Source: an uncultured delta proteobacterium (lineage in GTDB: Bacteria; Myxococcota; Myxococcia; Myxococcales; Myxococcaceae). Taken from it: DNA of 64,000 nucleotides. The notes beneath the pieces are model-generated. The model did no database searches. It was not told the DNA's origin and was given only the letters and a program-made list of their open reading frames with translations. Shown piece by piece: positions 60,658 to 64,000 of the stretch; position 1 is the stretch's first letter; the number at the start of each line of letters is the position of its first letter. The position numbers were made by a program, and so were the translations under genes. The stretch is from NCBI GenBank assembly GCA_963771175.1, contig CAVYSY010000033.1:480001-544000 (forward strand), in the 5' to 3' direction.

Positions 60658-63051
60658 TCACCCCACCCCGGCGGCCCGCTTCCGGCGCTCCAGCAATACC
60701 GCGAGCCCGAGCAGCCCCAGGGTGCCGAGCGAGATGAGCGCCCCGAGCACCAGGCCGGGAGTGCGGTAGGAGAAGGAGACACGGTGGGTGCCGGCGGGGA
60801 CTCGCACTCCGCGCACGACGATGTTGGCCGGCAGAATGGGGGTGGGCTGCCCATCCACGGTCGCGCTCCACCCGTCGTAATACGGGTCGTTGAGCACCAA
60901 CGCCGTCGGCGCGCGAGCCTCCACCTCGAGCTCCACGGACTCGGGCGCGTAGTGGACGATGCGCACCTCGCCGGGTGCTCCGGCGGTGGGAAGCGCCTCG
61001 TCCCGCGGCGCGTCCGGGGGACACTCCAGGGCGACGTCCTGGCCGGGACGGAAGGAGCGCGAGAGGACGAGGGTGCGCGCGGCGGACGCGTCCGGCACGC
61101 AGCGGGGCGTGGCCAGGTAGGCGCGAGGGAGCGTGTGGGGGTTGCGGAGCAACACCGCATTGATACGGGGCTCCTCGGCGAGGATGACCTCCGGGTTGCC
61201 GGAGCCGCCGCGCTTGTAGACGTCCGCCTCGAGGGTGAGGTAGCGCACATTGTAGAGGCCGGAGAGGCGGCCCACCCAGGCATCGAGCGTTTCGAATGAG
61301 TTGAGCAGGCCCACCAACCGCCGGGATGCAGCGGGAAGGTAGGGCCCGGCGCCCTCCAGCTTCCAGAGCGCGGGCGTGACGGGCTCGAGCGCGGCGGCGA
61401 AGTTGACGGCCATGATGTCCACGGGATGGAGCCCCTCGGGCACGTAGTGCGGCTCGACCTCCCGCAGTCCCCCGAAGACCCGAGGCCGGACGGCGCCAGC
61501 ATCCGCCTCCGCCCGAAGGATGGCCTCCACGGTGCTCGTGGGCTGCTCCAGCACGTCCGTGTACGTCACGTGATACGTGCCCTCGTTGGCCAGGTAGAGC
61601 ACGGCGAACTGGAACCCGAGGATCGCCACCGCGCGTGGCACGGGCGAGTGCACCCGGGCCAGCACCACGCCCATCAGGACAAGCGTGACCGCGCCCACCC
61701 CAGCGGCCTGGAGGAAGTTGTCGTGGAGCATGCCCAGGGTGACGGAATCCGCCTTGCCCCAGAGGGTGGCGACCACCCCGTCCGAGAACCACCGCAGCCA
61801 CCACTCGCCCAACCCGAGCAGCCCCCAGAGCAGCGCGAGCGCGAAACCCGCCTGGGCCACGCGCCGCGCCAGGGAGGAGTCCCGCTGAATGGCCTCCAAC
61901 CCGGCGCCAGCACCCAGGGCACACGGGAACAGGAAGTAGGGCAGCAACTTCTCCGGGTAGCGGAAGGAGCTCCAGAGCGGGAACCACTTGTAGAGCCACC
62001 CGTACAGCGGAAGCTGGTGCGGCATCGTCAGGGCCACGAGGAAGAGCGAGAGCCCGGTCACCTTCCAGGTGAGTGGGTTGCGCCGGTGGACCCAGAGGGC
62101 GCTGCCCAGGAGCAGCACGGCCGGGAGCCCCAGGTACACCGAGTGGACCCAGAAGCCCCCCATCCCCGACTTGAACAGCTCATCCGCCATCCTGCCCGAG
62201 GCCGCCGTCCCCGACTCCGGGTCGAGGAAGAGCGCCCCGAAGAAGAGCTCGAACAGCCGCAGGGGGTGGAACGAGAAGTAGGTGGCCCCCTTGATGTCCG
62301 GCGCACTGGGGTATGCGTTCTTCAGCGTGGAGAAGAGGGAGAGGATCTGCACCGAGGACAGGAGCGCGCCGAGCACGATGAGCAACCCGGCCCGTGGCGC
62401 CACCCGCAGCATGCTGGAGCGTTCCGGACGCAGCAGCACGAGCACCAGCAACATGCCATTGCACATCGCGAAGCTCTGGGGATCTCCGCTGAGCAGCACG
62501 AGGGACAACAGGAGGGCCGCGGCGGCGGCACGGCCCGCGGAGGGCTGGCGGAGGAAGCGCTCCGCGCCCCAGAGGGCCCAGGGGAACGTGGCGGCCGCCA
62601 TGAGGTAGAGCAGGTTGTTGCTGATGCCCACCATGTAACCGCACAGCGCGTAGGCGAGCCCCGCCAGCAGCGCTGCGCCGCGCCCCATGCCCCACAGCCG
62701 GCCAAAGAGGTACACGCCTCCCAGCGCGGCCACGTAGGAGAGCAGCATGACGACCTTGAGCGCCACCCCGAGCGGCAGCAACAGGTAGAACAGGTTGGCG
62801 GGGTGGAAGGCTCCGGAGATGAGCATGCCCGCGTACGGCTGCCCCATCCCGTCGTAGGGGTACCAGTCCGGAAACTGGAGCTGGGACACGCGCTCGACCC
62901 AGTACTGCTTCAGCGGGTAGTAGACCCGGAGGATGTCGCGCGAGGCGAAGATCTTGTCGGAGAAGGTCGCCCGGTGAAAGTAGAGGAGCGGAAGGGCGAA
63001 GGCCGCGACGGCCAGCGCGAGGCGGGTCCTGGCCTGCTGGGAGAGAGACAT
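60658..63051 (-). CDS. YfhO-family multi-pass membrane protein (GT-C-like)
   Basis: RD..YYP, WYPYDGMGQP, FHP, YLG, FRYPEK; C-terminal LVLNDPYYDGWSATVDG..V-P-AG-H..F-Y. Confidence 0.88.
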   Translation of the reverse strand: MSLSQQARTRLALAVAAFALPLLYFHRATFSDKIFASRDILRVYYPLKQYWVERVSQLQFPDWYPYDGMGQPYAGMLISGAFHPANLFYLLLPLGVALKVVMLLSYVAALGGVYLFGRLWGMGRGAALLAGLAYALCGYMVGISNNLLYLMAAATFPWALWGAERFLRQPSAGRAAAAALLLSLVLLSGDPQSFAMCNGMLLVLVLLRPERSSMLRVAPRAGLLIVLGALLSSVQILSLFSTLKNAYPSAPDIKGATYFSFHPLRLFELFFGALFLDPESGTAASGRMADELFKSGMGGFWVHSVYLGLPAVLLLGSALWVHRRNPLTWKVTGLSLFLVALTMPHQLPLYGWLYKWFPLWSSFRYPEKLLPYFLFPCALGAGAGLEAIQRDSSLARRVAQAGFALALLWGLLGLGEWWLRWFSDGVVATLWGKADSVTLGMLHDNFLQAAGVGAVTLVLMGVVLARVHSPVPRAVAILGFQFAVLYLANEGTYHVTYTDVLEQPTSTVEAILRAEADAGAVRPRVFGGLREVEPHYVPEGLHPVDIMAVNFAAALEPVTPALWKLEGAGPYLPAASRRLVGLLNSFETLDAWVGRLSGLYNVRYLTLEADVYKRGGSGNPEVILAEEPRINAVLLRNPHTLPRAYLATPRCVPDASAARTLVLSRSFRPGQDVALECPPDAPRDEALPTAGAPGEVRIVHYAPESVELEVEARAPTALVLNDPYYDGWSATVDGQPTPILPANIVVRGVRVPAGTHRVSFSYRTPGLVLGALISLGTLGLLGLAVLLERRKRAAGVG

Positions 63052-63137
63052 GAGCTTCGAGGCGGTCGGGAGAGGCGACCGACCTTGCCAGGAGCGGATG
63101 GCGGCTCGCAACCTGACTCTTTCCGGAGTCTCCTGCC

Positions 63138-63764
63138 TCAGTCCTCCCCGCTCACGGGACGATCCGACCCCGGATGCCCGGCCGCGAGCGTCTCCTCTTC
63201 CCGCTCCTGGGTGAGCCCGGTGGAGCTGGAGAGCTTCGTGTCCCCGTGCGGGTTGTCCGCCCGCGCCACGGATTGAGAGTGCGCCCGCTCGGGCTGGGCC
63301 TCGGATAAGGGGTGCTGGCTGCCCGGCCGGCCCTCGGCCAGGGTGCGGCGGCTCGGGTCGAGGTGGACGTGCTCGAAGGGCGCGTCGGGCTCACGCGACG
63401 TGAAGAGGACGCTCATCGGCGCGGGCAGCGCCTCGCGGAGCCGGTGCAACGACCCGGGGGTCAGTGCCTCCGCCACGAGCTGGCAGACGACGCCGGTGTG
63501 CTCCACCGCGAGGCCGGGTCGCACCCCCGCCCGGCTCGCGACGCGCGCGTGGAACTCCGCGAGATTGAAGTCCTGGTGGGGCGTCACACCGCGCAGGCTC
63601 GCCGCCAGCGGAGCGGGCAGGTCCTCCGCCACTGCCTGGATGAGGGGCCAGCTCAATCGCTCACCCAGCGTCTCCAGCACCGCGCGAACGGTGCGCTCCG
63701 CCGCCTCCAGGCCAGGGAGCCCGGTGCGATCGGCAACGTGGGACAGGAACTCGTCGTGCGTCAT
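63138..63764 (-). CDS. DUF2267 domain protein
   Basis: MTHDEFLSHVADRTGL..AERTVRAVLETLGERL..LP; EFHARVASRAG. Confidence 0.8.
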   Translation of the reverse strand: MTHDEFLSHVADRTGLPGLEAAERTVRAVLETLGERLSWPLIQAVAEDLPAPLAASLRGVTPHQDFNLAEFHARVASRAGVRPGLAVEHTGVVCQLVAEALTPGSLHRLREALPAPMSVLFTSREPDAPFEHVHLDPSRRTLAEGRPGSQHPLSEAQPERAHSQSVARADNPHGDTKLSSSTGLTQEREEETLAAGHPGSDRPVSGED

Positions 63765-64000
63765 CGTCGTCCTCCTCGCGAAACCGCGGCTTCCTCCGGG
63801 GCATCGACCAACTCGTGGATGATGCGAAGGAGCTGGCCGGGCTCGATGGGCTTGACCAGGTGCACGTCGAACCCCGCCCCATGCGCGCGGCGGCGGTCGG
63901 AGTCCTGACCGTAACCGGTGATGGCGACCAGCTTGATCCCTTGGAGGGCGGGGACCTGGCGGATCCTCGCGGCCAGCTCATAGCCATCCATCACGGGGAG
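63761..64000 (-). CDS. C-terminal receiver domain, probably of a hybrid sensor kinase (runs off the right edge)
   Basis: LPVMDGYELA..LVAITGYGQDSDRRRAHGAGFDVHLVKP. Confidence 0.88.
   Translation of the reverse strand, partial: LPVMDGYELAARIRQVPALQGIKLVAITGYGQDSDRRRAHGAGFDVHLVKPIEPGQLLRIIHELVDAPEEAAVSRGGRR

Overview
GC-rich window that looks myxobacterial, judged from a Myxococcus-type PilA pilin, a myxobacterial IS91-like relic and geosmin synthase with cNMP-domain partners. It holds about 45 genes and no visible rRNA, tRNA or CRISPR array. Four loci stand out. (1) 33.5-40.4 kb: a tightly coupled four-gene operon encoding an HMG-CoA-reductase/phosphotransferase fusion, a CTP_transf_1 cytidylyltransferase, a PEP-synthase/rifampin-phosphotransferase-like dikinase and a UbiA-like membrane protein. 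I cannot match it to a characterised pathway, and it is the best candidate for an undescribed system. (2) 54.6-59.8 kb: geosmin synthase with two [11 protein letters not shown] motifs, followed by two Family 2B encapsulin shell genes. (3) 18.7-32.1 kb: an alpha-2-macroglobulin/PBP1C operon led by a 1768-aa Cys-paired repeat protein. (4) 32.1-33.4 kb: a small defence-like insert with a Zn-domain/HNH nuclease and an orphan SMI1/KNR4 protein. Other items include a DES1-like desaturase, an orphan pilin and an EF-G paralogue. Seven genes carry 12 frameshifts, each repaired by removing one base, which points to sequencing error rather than pseudogenes. All family calls come from motif recognition; no database search was run.
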